Part shown: positions 18,558-26,925 of the stretch, piece after piece
Layout: the number at the start of each line of letters is the position of its first letter
Numbering within the stretch: the stretch's first letter is position 1
Assembly (NCBI GenBank): GCA_963744995.1
Contig: CAVUWA010000002.1
Location: 832,001 to 896,000, forward strand
DNA: 64,000 nt
Direction of reading: 5' to 3'
Source of the DNA: Candidatus Eiseniibacteriota bacterium
Lineage (GTDB): Bacteria; Eisenbacteria; RBG-16-71-46
Translations under genes and position numbers: made by a program
Notes under the pieces: generated by a model
Databases searched by the model: none
The model's input: the letters and a program-made list of their open reading frames with translations, nothing else
Told to the model about the DNA's origin: nothing

Positions 18558-19820
18558 CTACATCCCCGTCAGGCCCGAACGCATGGCCTGGCCGAGGTTG
18601 AAGATCGGCAGATAGAGCGCGATGAGCATGAGCCCGACCAGCAGGCCGAGCGTCACGATCGCGAGCGGTTCGACCAGCGAACTCAGCCCGTCCACCGCGG
18701 TCGTCACGCGCTGCTCGTAGAAGTCCGCCGTGCGCGACAACATGTTGTCGAGTTGCCCGGTCTCTTCGCCGGTCGCCGTCATCTGCACGAGCATCTCCGG
18801 GAACACGCGTGCTTCCGCCATCGCCTTGGACAGGGAGCTGCCCTCCTCGACGCGCGTGCGCAGGAAGTCGGTGCCCTGTTCGAGCACCTTGTTCCCCGGC
18901 ACCGGCCGCAGCACCTTGAGAGCGTACAGGATCTGGGTGCCGCTCGCCGTCAGGATCCCCAGAGTCCGCGCGAACTTGGTCACCGCATACATGCGGATCA
19001 GCGGCCCGAACAGCGGCAGGCTGAACTTGGCGCGGTCGACGGTCATGCGGCCAGCCGGAGTGTTGGCCCAGTAGGTTGCGGCCAGCACCGCGACGACCGC
19101 CAGAACGGTCATGAGCAGGAGGTTGTGGGAGATGAACGAGCTCAGGTTCAGCAGTGCCTGGGTCGGCGCCGGGAGTGGCACCTTGAACCGATCGTAGATC
19201 CCCGAAAACATCGGGATGATCTTGACGATCATGGCGATGACCACCAGCGCGGCGAAGGTCATCACGAACGTCGGGTAGCGCAGCGCCGCCTCGACCTTGA
19301 GTCGCAGCGTCTCGGCGCGCTCCATGTAGCCGGCGGTCTGATCCATGATGTGGTCGAGCGTGCCCGACACCTCGCCGGTGTTGACCAGACTCACGAACAC
19401 CTCGTCGAACACCGCCGGGTGCTTGGCGAGCGCCCCCGACAGCGTGTCGCCCTTCTGCACGTCCTCGGCGACCCGCTCGAGGATCGCGGCGAGCTTCTTG
19501 TCCTCGTGGTCGCGGGCGATCGAGCGCAGCGAGCGCACCAGCGGGAGCCCCGCGCCGATCATCGTCGCGAGCTGGCGCGCGAACAGCGAGACGGACGAAG
19601 GTTTGACGCCCTTGCCGATGTGCCCGAACGCTTCGATCAGGGGTTTGAGGATCGCGCTGGTGGCGGCGCGGCGGCCGCCGGGCACGCGCGACTCGATGAA
19701 CACGGGGACGAGCTGCGCGCCCTCGAGGATCCGCAGCACCTCTTCCTCCGAGGCGGCGACCTCGATGCCTTCGTGAGCGCGTCCGCTCAGGTCCCGGGCC
19801 CGGTAGTAATAGCTCGGCAT
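18558..19820 (-). CDS. pilC: Type IV pilus platform protein (GspF family)
   Basis: FARQLATMIGAGLPL, GEVSGTLD, ALRYP, GEETGQLD, LYLPIF. Confidence 0.95.
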   Translation of the reverse strand: MPSYYYRARDLSGRAHEGIEVAASEEEVLRILEGAQLVPVFIESRVPGGRRAATSAILKPLIEAFGHIGKGVKPSSVSLFARQLATMIGAGLPLVRSLRSIARDHEDKKLAAILERVAEDVQKGDTLSGALAKHPAVFDEVFVSLVNTGEVSGTLDHIMDQTAGYMERAETLRLKVEAALRYPTFVMTFAALVVIAMIVKIIPMFSGIYDRFKVPLPAPTQALLNLSSFISHNLLLMTVLAVVAVLAATYWANTPAGRMTVDRAKFSLPLFGPLIRMYAVTKFARTLGILTASGTQILYALKVLRPVPGNKVLEQGTDFLRTRVEEGSSLSKAMAEARVFPEMLVQMTATGEETGQLDNMLSRTADFYEQRVTTAVDGLSSLVEPLAIVTLGLLVGLMLIALYLPIFNLGQAMRSGLTGM

Positions 19821-21544
19821 CAGATGTGGTCCGCCAGGGTCGCCGCTCTCACTTCCTCGATCGTCGTGACGCCCGAGAGGATCTTGCGGATGCCGCTCTT
19901 GCGCAACGTCATCAGCCCCTCGTCCATGGCGAGGGACTTGATCTGGTCCTCATTGGCGCCGTCCAGCACCAGGCGCCGCACGGGCTTGTGGAGCTCCAGC
20001 ACCTCGAACACGGCGGTGCGGCCCAGGTAGCCCGTCTGCTTGCAGGCGAGGCAGCCGCGGCCGCGGGCGATGAGTTTACCCTCCAGCATGGCGCCGTCCT
20101 CGCCGAGCGAGGCCAGCTCGCCGAGGTCCGGCGTGTATTCCTCGCGGCAGCGCTCGCACACGCGGCGCACGAGGCGCTGCGCCATGACCAGCGTCACCGC
20201 GGAGCCGACGAGGTAGCGGGGGACACCCATGTCGATCAGTCGCGTCACCGTGCCGGGCGAGTCGTTGGCGTGCACGGTCGACAGCACCAGGTGTCCGGTC
20301 AGCGCCGACTTCACGGCGATGTCGGCGGTCTCGGCGTCGCGGATCTCGCCGATCATGATGACGTCGGGGTCCTGGCGCAGGATCGAGCGCAGCACGCGCG
20401 CGAACGTCATGCCGACCTTGTGATTCGCGTGCACCTGGTTCACCGACTCGATGTGGTACTCGATCGGGTCCTCGACGGTCACCAGGTTCTTGTGGACGCT
20501 CTTGATCTCGTTCAAGGCGGCGTAGAGCGTGGTCGTCTTGCCGCTGCCGGTGGGCCCCGAGATCAGAATCATGCCGTACGGCATGCGAATCGCGCGACCG
20601 TAGGCATCGCTCATGCCCGGGTCCATGCCCAGGTTGCCGACATTGCGGTTGAAAGCCTGTTTGTCGAAGAGCCGCAGTACGACCTTCTCGCCGAACGCGG
20701 TCGGCAGGGTCGAGACGCGGATGTCCACCTCGCGGTCGGGGAGGTGCACCGTGAGCCGCCCGTCCTGCGGCAGCAGCCGCACGGCGATGTCGAGGTCGGC
20801 GAGCACCTTGATGCGCGAGGTGATCGCCATCTGCAGATTCTTCGGCGGTTTCATCATCTCATGCAGCACGCCGTCGATGCGGAAGCGCACCATGATCCGG
20901 TCGCGCAGCGGCTCCACGTGGATGTCGCTCGCGCGCGCGTCGATCGCCTCGGCGAGCATCAGGTTCACCAGCCGGACGACCGGGGCGTCTTCGACCTGCT
21001 GGCGCAGCGTCGCGAGGTCCACGTCCTGCTGACCGTCCCCGCCGATCGTGAGGTCGATGTTCTCGAGAATCTCTCCGACCTGCTCGGTGGCGCGGATCTG
21101 CTGGTAGAACTCGTCGATCGCCTCGATCAGCTCGCTGCCGCGCGCGATCTCGACGCGCAGCACGCAGCCGGTCAGCGCCCGCAGGTGGTCGAGCGATACG
21201 ACGTCGAGCGGGTCGGCCACGGCCACGGCGAGCACGTTCTCCTCGCGCCTGAGCGCGAGCATGACCGCCTGGCGGGCGAGGTGCTCGGGCACCAGCTGCA
21301 CGGCGTCGGGGTCGGCCTGCGAGATGCGGCTGGCGGTGGCGATCGGCAGCGAGAACTGCTCGGCGAGCAGGTCGACGACGTCCTGTTCCTCGAGCACGCC
21401 GGTGCGCACCAGCGTCTGGCCGAGGCGCTCGCGCGCATCGAGGCGTTCCTTGAGCGCCGTCTCGATCTGCTCGGGGCTGACCTTGCCACGGTCGATCAGC
21501 AGTTCGCCGAAACGGCGCGTGGAGAGCCGGAACGAAGTGGTCAT
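19820..21544 (-). CDS. pilB: Type IV pilus extension ATPase with MshEN domain
   Basis: ASDIHVEP, GPTGSGKTTT, TVEDPIEY, LRQDPDVIMIGEIRD, TGHLVLSTVH, CERC/CLAC Zn site. Confidence 0.95.
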   Translation of the reverse strand: MTTSFRLSTRRFGELLIDRGKVSPEQIETALKERLDARERLGQTLVRTGVLEEQDVVDLLAEQFSLPIATASRISQADPDAVQLVPEHLARQAVMLALRREENVLAVAVADPLDVVSLDHLRALTGCVLRVEIARGSELIEAIDEFYQQIRATEQVGEILENIDLTIGGDGQQDVDLATLRQQVEDAPVVRLVNLMLAEAIDARASDIHVEPLRDRIMVRFRIDGVLHEMMKPPKNLQMAITSRIKVLADLDIAVRLLPQDGRLTVHLPDREVDIRVSTLPTAFGEKVVLRLFDKQAFNRNVGNLGMDPGMSDAYGRAIRMPYGMILISGPTGSGKTTTLYAALNEIKSVHKNLVTVEDPIEYHIESVNQVHANHKVGMTFARVLRSILRQDPDVIMIGEIRDAETADIAVKSALTGHLVLSTVHANDSPGTVTRLIDMGVPRYLVGSAVTLVMAQRLVRRVCERCREEYTPDLGELASLGEDGAMLEGKLIARGRGCLACKQTGYLGRTAVFEVLELHKPVRRLVLDGANEDQIKSLAMDEGLMTLRKSGIRKILSGVTTIEEVRAATLADHI

Positions 21545-22698
21545 CGGCGGCCCCCGCTGCCGGGCGTGGCGGCCGGCATCCGTGGCGCGTCGGGGCGCTG
21601 GATACTCGCCACCCGGTAATAGCGCTTCTGCAGCTGGGTGCGCTTCTCGACGTCCTCGAAGTACGGGTAGGCGGTGTCGAACGAAATGATGCCGCGGTCC
21701 ACGAGCTCGGTGAGCGAATCGTCGAGCGTGATCATGTCTTCACGCAGGCTGGTCGAGATCACGTTCGGAATCTGATGGATCTTGTCCTCGCGGATCAGGT
21801 TCTGGATCGCCTGATTGATGAACATCACCTCGCGCGCCGCGATGCGGCCCTTGCCGTCCGCGCGCGGCAGCAGGACCTGCGACAGGACGGCGCGCAGCGT
21901 GAGTGAGAGCTGCGAGCGCACCTGCGACTGCTGGTGCGGCGGGAACGAATCGATGATGCGGGTCACGGTCTGCGCCGCGGACTGGGTCGCCATGGTCGAG
22001 ATCACCAGGTTCCCGGTCTCGGCCGCGGTGAGCGAGATCGCCATGCTCGACAGGTCGCGCATCTCACCGACGAAGATGATGTGCGGCAGCTGGCGCAGGG
22101 CGCCGCGCAGGCCGCGTGCGTAGCTCTTGGTGTCGCTGCCGACCTCGCGCTGCTCGATGACCGCGTTCTTCGACTCGAAGATGAACTCGATCGGGTCCTC
22201 GACGGTCACGATGTGGCGCCGCGTGCCACCCTGATTCACCTGTTCGAGCAGGCTGGCGATGGTCGTGGATTTGCCGGCCCCGGTCGGCCCGGTGACCAGA
22301 ACCAGACCGCGGGTGAGGCCGAGCACGCGGTTCACCACGTGCGGGGCGAGGCCGAGTTCGGTGGGCAGCGGGATCCGGACCGGAATGATGCGAATCGCCG
22401 CGCCCCAGTGGCCGCGCTGGATGAACAGGTTCACGCGAAAGTGCGCAACGCCCGGCAGATAGAAGCGCGTGTCGAGCTCGAGGTCGCGCAGAAAGCGCTC
22501 GTGCAGGGCCGGCGTGAGGAAGCTTTCCGAAAGCCGCCTCGAATCGGTAGACGAAAGGACCGGGGAATCGGGCATCGGCTGCAGCACGCCGGCGACCGTC
22601 ATCATCACCGGGTGGCCCACGGTGAGGATGAGATCCGACGCCCCGGCTTCCGCCGCGCGCCTGAGGATGGCGTCTCGTTCGAGGGGTATATGGCTCAT
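21541..22698 (-). CDS. pilT: Type IV pilus retraction ATPase (atypical His box)
   Basis: FRVNLF.QRG, GPTGAGKSTT, TVEDPIEF, QREVG.DT, VGEMRD, AIQNLIRE (AIRNLIRE motif). Confidence 0.9.
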   Translation of the reverse strand: MSHIPLERDAILRRAAEAGASDLILTVGHPVMMTVAGVLQPMPDSPVLSSTDSRRLSESFLTPALHERFLRDLELDTRFYLPGVAHFRVNLFIQRGHWGAAIRIIPVRIPLPTELGLAPHVVNRVLGLTRGLVLVTGPTGAGKSTTIASLLEQVNQGGTRRHIVTVEDPIEFIFESKNAVIEQREVGSDTKSYARGLRGALRQLPHIIFVGEMRDLSSMAISLTAAETGNLVISTMATQSAAQTVTRIIDSFPPHQQSQVRSQLSLTLRAVLSQVLLPRADGKGRIAAREVMFINQAIQNLIREDKIHQIPNVISTSLREDMITLDDSLTELVDRGIISFDTAYPYFEDVEKRTQLQKRYYRVASIQRPDAPRMPAATPGSGGRR

Positions 22699-23197
22699 TG
22701 AGGGGATGCCCTGTTCCACACGGCCCGGATGTCGGGAAGACTACCACTGGCAGCGCCGTTCCCGGTCACGGGCAGGCCGAAGCCCGCGACCGTTCGCACG
22801 ACGCTCTGTGGGTTGCCAGGGCGCGACTTCCGCTCCGGACGGAAGTCGCAGGGGAGGCAGGGATCCGGTCCGGAACCTGCGCCTCCGCCGGCCCCGCACC
22901 GTTCGATAAGTCGCAAAAAAGGATAGAGTTCGGCGGCGCTGGAGTCAACGTCGACGATCGGTCCTCGATCCCGGGAACCCGGCCCCTGCCTCGGGGTATG
23001 CCAGTGGGCCGGGAGCCAGTCCCGACGGGAACCACCGAAAAAGCCCGAGATTTCTCTGGACCCGGTGGATCGGTTCTGGCATGTTCCGCGCGCCTGTACG
23101 GCATTCGACCGGGATGCCGACGGGCCAGACCCACGGACGGGAGTCTCCAGATGCCCGCGCCAGTGGGGGTCTGCGGCGCCAGGGAAGGTCGCCCTCG

Positions 23198-23372
23198 CGT
23201 TGCAGGTGCAACGTCGTCTCATTGCAGTATCCAATGTGTGCTCCCACCGGTCTCCCCACGCTGATCACATCCGAATAGCGGCCAGGTCCGAGAGCAGGAC
23301 CGCTTTCCGCGGCTTTGGAGCCCCAGGGCACGGTTCGCCGTGCGTCCTCCGGCGGAAGGCATGCTTCCTGCT
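23198..23372 (+). promoter_or_regulatory. Candidate sigma54 promoter with upstream palindromic enhancer sites
   Basis: AAGGCATGCTTCCTGCT (GG 23358-9, N10, GC 23370-1); palindromes CGTTGCA-GG-TGCAACG (23198-23213) and CATTG-N7-CAATG (23220-23236). Confidence 0.5.
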
Positions 23373-23547
23373 CACGCGCGCCCGCGGCTCGAGCGCCGTC
23401 TCCGGTGTTTCGTGAGGCCTCGATCCACGCGGTGAGCACAGGACGGCCGGGCAACCGGCACCGCACGCTGCATCTCTTGGAAAGACTGATCGCGGTCTGG
23501 CCGATCACGTACAGGGACGGTACGCGGGTCGGTGGCTCGGAGGACAA

Positions 23548-24354
23548 ATGGGGCTTCGCCGCAGCGCGTCCCTGCTTCTGCTCGCAGGAACCATTGGATG
23601 GACTTCTCACGCAGATGCCCAGGTGACTCACGACAGCGTGACACTTTCATGGACGACACCGGGTGACGACGGAATGCTCGGAACCGCTTCGCAGTTCGAT
23701 CTTCGCTATTCCACGTCACCCATCACCGCCGGCAACTTTGCCTCCGCGACTCGCTGGACGTCGATGCCGGCGCCCGCGGCGCCGGGAACCCGGCAGACGG
23801 TGACCGTGACCGGACTGCAGTCCAACACGACCTACTACTTCGCGATCAAAACGGCCGACGACGTGCCGAACTGGTCGGCGATCTCGAACATCCTCTCGCG
23901 GACGACGCTGCAGGCACCCGACATCGTCCGCCCCGGCCCCGTCGCTTCGCTGGGCGTCACCGGACTCACCGACACGACGGCGACGCTCACCTGGGTCGCG
24001 GTGGGTGACGACAGCCTCACCGGAACGGCCACGAAGTACGACATCCGCTACTCGACTTCGCCGATCAACGCGACCAACTGGAGCAGCGCGACGCAGGCGA
24101 GCGGCGAACCCGCCCCGGCGGCGCCCGGAACTTCGCAGAGCTTCACCGTCACCGGGCTCAGCCGTCAGGTGACCTACTACTTCGCGCTCAAGGTCGAAGA
24201 TGACGCGGGGAATCAGTCCGCGCTGTCGAACGTCGTGAACGCGACCACTCCCGATTCCGTCGCGCCGTCCGCCATCGTCGATCTGGGCGTCAGCCTGGTC
24301 ATCAGCAACGGACCCGCGGCCGCCGTGCCCGCCGCCGGAGACGCGCGCCCGTGA
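23548..24354 (+). CDS. Secreted protein with two fibronectin type III modules
   Basis: GGAGG SD, signal peptide, 2x W..xGDD..GTA..DxRYSTSPI..TVTGL..TYYFA.K..D..N.S..SN. Confidence 0.85.
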   Translation: MGLRRSASLLLLAGTIGWTSHADAQVTHDSVTLSWTTPGDDGMLGTASQFDLRYSTSPITAGNFASATRWTSMPAPAAPGTRQTVTVTGLQSNTTYYFAIKTADDVPNWSAISNILSRTTLQAPDIVRPGPVASLGVTGLTDTTATLTWVAVGDDSLTGTATKYDIRYSTSPINATNWSSATQASGEPAPAAPGTSQSFTVTGLSRQVTYYFALKVEDDAGNQSALSNVVNATTPDSVAPSAIVDLGVSLVISNGPAAAVPAAGDARP

Positions 24355-25337
24355 ACCACGCGTTCGCTCGTCCACGCCGGCGCGAAGCCCCCGTCTGGAA
24401 GCGCTGGTTCCCGATCATTCTGGGGCTGCTGATCCTGCTGCTCGCTCCCGTGATCTGCCACGCGCAGAGCAGCGTCACGCTGGTGTGGACCTCGCCCGGC
24501 GACGACGGGACGATCGGCACCGCGTCCACCTACGAAATGCGTTACGCGCTGGCGCCGCTCACGCCCGCCAACTGGGGACAGGCGACGCCGGTGCCGGGCC
24601 TTCCGGCGCCGCAGATCTCGGGGACGCGCCAGTCGGTGACGGTGAACGGCCTCACGCAGGGCACCACCTACTACTTCGCCATCCGCACTCAGGACGACGC
24701 CGGCAACTGGTCACCGCTCTCCAACGTGCTGACCTGGGACTGGGTGTACGACACCGCCCCGCCGTCTGCGCCGTCGGGGCTGGTCGCGTCGCGGGAGGGC
24801 GACAACGTGCGGGTGCGCTGGTCGCCCAACAGCGAGCCCGACGTCGCCGGCTACCTCGTCTATCGCGCGACGACGTCGGGCAGCGGCCCGAGCCGGATCA
24901 CCGGCACGCTGGTGAGCGGCACCGAATACCTCGATACCGGCGTCCCGTCCGCCGACCGCGCCTGGTACGAGGTCTCCGCCGTCGACGAGAGCGGCAACGA
25001 GAGCGCGCACTCGAGCACGTTCGCCGTGACGCTCACCGCAGCGCCCACCGCGTGGCAGCTCGAGGTCGGTTTCCCCAATCCGAGCCCGGTCTCCAGCTCG
25101 GTCACGATTCCCATCACGGTACCGCAGTCCGGTTCCGGCGGCGCCGTGCTCGACATCATCGATTCGGGTGGCCATCGCGTGCGCCGGATCGACCTCGCCG
25201 GCCTCGGCATGGGCGCACAGAGCATCACGTGGGACGGCCGGAACGACGCCGCGCGCGTCGTCGCGCCGGGGGTCTACCGCGCGTGGCTGATCGCCGGCGA
25301 TACGCGGCAGACGGTCCGCCTGGTGCGCGTCCCATGA
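24351..25337 (+). CDS. Secreted FN3 protein with a C-terminal FlgD-Ig / T9SS-CTD-like domain
   Basis: Signal peptide (..VICHA|Q), third PGDDG FN3 module, second FN3 (WSPNSEPDVAGYLVYR..VDESGNES), C-terminal FPNP..GHRVRRI..WDGRND..APGVY. Confidence 0.85.
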   Translation: MNHAFARPRRREAPVWKRWFPIILGLLILLLAPVICHAQSSVTLVWTSPGDDGTIGTASTYEMRYALAPLTPANWGQATPVPGLPAPQISGTRQSVTVNGLTQGTTYYFAIRTQDDAGNWSPLSNVLTWDWVYDTAPPSAPSGLVASREGDNVRVRWSPNSEPDVAGYLVYRATTSGSGPSRITGTLVSGTEYLDTGVPSADRAWYEVSAVDESGNESAHSSTFAVTLTAAPTAWQLEVGFPNPSPVSSSVTIPITVPQSGSGGAVLDIIDSGGHRVRRIDLAGLGMGAQSITWDGRNDAARVVAPGVYRAWLIAGDTRQTVRLVRVP

Positions 25338-26809
25338 CCCGCGCCGCTCACTGGAGATCACTGACGATGTGGAAGAAGGTGGTGCGCGTCACGATCGCGA
25401 TGGCGCTGACCGCGGGCGGCACGGCCCACGCGGGGATCGACAAGGCCGGAACGACGGCCGCGAACTTTCTGACGGTCGGATCCGGCGCAGGGGTGCTCGG
25501 CATGAGCGGCGCGGTGCTCGGTCTCGGCCGCGACCTCAACGCGGCGGCATGGAACCCGAGCGCGCTCGGCTGGGTGAACGAAACCCAGTTCGTGCTGTCG
25601 CACTCGGGGCTCGCCGACGAGCAGGCGCAGGAGTGGATGGGCGCCGGCGGACGCCTGGGGGCCACGGGGACGCGCTGGGCGCTGACGGGCCTCTACCACG
25701 GGCAGGGCAGCTTCGAGGGCCGCGACGCGAGCGGCGCCTCGACCGGCTCGTTCAACGTGTCGAGCACCGCGCTCGGCGTGAACCTGGCGCAGAACTTCGG
25801 CGGCCGCGGCACGGTCGGACTCGGCATGAAGTACGTGAGCGAAGATCTCGGCACCACGCGCGGCAGCGGTGTGACCTTCGATCTCGGGGCCATGCTGCAG
25901 GCCGGCCGCTTCGGCTTCGGCGTTGCAGCGCAGAACCTCTCGGGCAGCATGAAGTACGACGGCGCGTCGTATCCGTTCCCCACGAGCTACGGCATGGGCG
26001 CCTCGGTGTCGCTTCCCGAGCAGGGCCTGCGCGTCGCGGTCGATGCGAACTTCCCCGAGGCCTACTACAGCGACGTCCGCGGCGGCATCGAGTGGATGTG
26101 GCGCGACCAGTTCGCGCTGCGCGCCGGGTATCGCTCCGAGATGGGCGCGGCGTCCGGCGAACCGCTCTCCGGGCCGTCGTTCGGCATGGGGGCGGGGCTC
26201 GGCGGACTGTGGTTCGACTACGGCTACGTGATCTCGGGTCCGGGTGCGGGCGGCGAACATCGCGTCGGCATGACGCTCAGGCCGGGCGGATTCACCGGAG
26301 CCTTCGGTCATGCCGGCCCGGATCAGGCCGACGTGGAATCCTCGCGCAAGGCCAGCGATAGCGGCGCAGCGGCCGCGGCGCGCGCCGAAGCGGACCGCAA
26401 GCGTGCCGCCGCGATCGAGGCCGAGAAGGCCGAGGCGACGCGCCGGCAGGCGGCGAAGTTCGAAGCGGCGAAGGCCGAGGCGGCCAGGCAGGAGGCCGCG
26501 CAGGCGGAGACCGCGAAGCAGCAGGAGGCCGCGCAGGCCGAAGCGGCGAAACAGGAGGCCGCGAAGGCGGAAGCGGCGAAGGCCGCGGCGATCAAGGCCG
26601 CCGCCGACAAGGCTGCTGCGAAGAAGGCGGCCGATGCGGCGCCGAAGAAGATTCCGACCTCGCACAAGGTCGCCGCCGGGGAGACGCTCTACCGGATCGC
26701 GAAGATGTACGGCACCACGGTTCCGAAGATCATGGAGCTGAACAACATGGTGAACGAAACGATCCGTGTCGGCGAGGTGCTGAAGCTGCCGCAGCCCGAG
26801 CGCCGCTGA
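25334..26809 (+). CDS. PorV/PorQ-family outer-membrane beta-barrel fused to an Ala/Glu/Lys helical spacer and a LysM domain
   Basis: Signal peptide, AGTTAANFL.VGSGA..LGMSGA, WNPSALG, DLGAM, FALRAGY, FDYGY, HRVGMTL, then EAAK-rich run and HKVAAGETLYRIAKMYGTTV..IMELN..IRVGEVLKLP; start ATG 25334 or 25367. Confidence 0.85.
   Translation: MTRAAHWRSLTMWKKVVRVTIAMALTAGGTAHAGIDKAGTTAANFLTVGSGAGVLGMSGAVLGLGRDLNAAAWNPSALGWVNETQFVLSHSGLADEQAQEWMGAGGRLGATGTRWALTGLYHGQGSFEGRDASGASTGSFNVSSTALGVNLAQNFGGRGTVGLGMKYVSEDLGTTRGSGVTFDLGAMLQAGRFGFGVAAQNLSGSMKYDGASYPFPTSYGMGASVSLPEQGLRVAVDANFPEAYYSDVRGGIEWMWRDQFALRAGYRSEMGAASGEPLSGPSFGMGAGLGGLWFDYGYVISGPGAGGEHRVGMTLRPGGFTGAFGHAGPDQADVESSRKASDSGAAAAARAEADRKRAAAIEAEKAEATRRQAAKFEAAKAEAARQEAAQAETAKQQEAAQAEAAKQEAAKAEAAKAAAIKAAADKAAAKKAADAAPKKIPTSHKVAAGETLYRIAKMYGTTVPKIMELNNMVNETIRVGEVLKLPQPERR
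26366..26641 (+). repeat. Low-complexity coding repeat (QEAAQ/AEAAK units), ~92 proline-free residues
   Basis: Repeated CAGGAGGCCGCG(C/A)AGGC and GAAGCGGCGAA units inside the PorV-LysM gene. Confidence 0.8.
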
Positions 26810-26830
26810 ACGCGGCGGAACGTGACCGGG

Positions 26831-26862
26831 AACGCCGGCCCTCGCGGGCCGGCGTTTTCGTT
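26831..26862. terminator. Intrinsic terminator between convergent genes
   Basis: AACGCCGGCCC-TCGC-GGGCCGGCGTT perfect 11-bp stem, then TTCGTT. Confidence 0.85.
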
Positions 26863-26925
26863 ATCGGCGTGGGCCGCAGCGCGGGCGCAGGGCGCACCGG
26901 CGACGTTCCGCCCGCGCAACGCCGC

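Noticed and set aside
22695..23719. Several 65-230 aa ORFs in the pilT-FN3 intergenic region
   Set aside because: No SD, atypical codon usage, no motifs and mutual overlaps; treated as regulatory DNA, though a small gene cannot be excluded
24485..25333. N-terminal 283 codons of track ORF 24485..26809
   Set aside because: Off-frame overlap with the FN3-CTD gene; the signal peptide and PorV motif begin only after 25334
26366..26641. Repetitive DNA as a possible CRISPR array or VNTR
   Set aside because: Degenerate in-frame codon repeats encoding an Ala/Glu/Lys helix; no constant repeat with unique spacers
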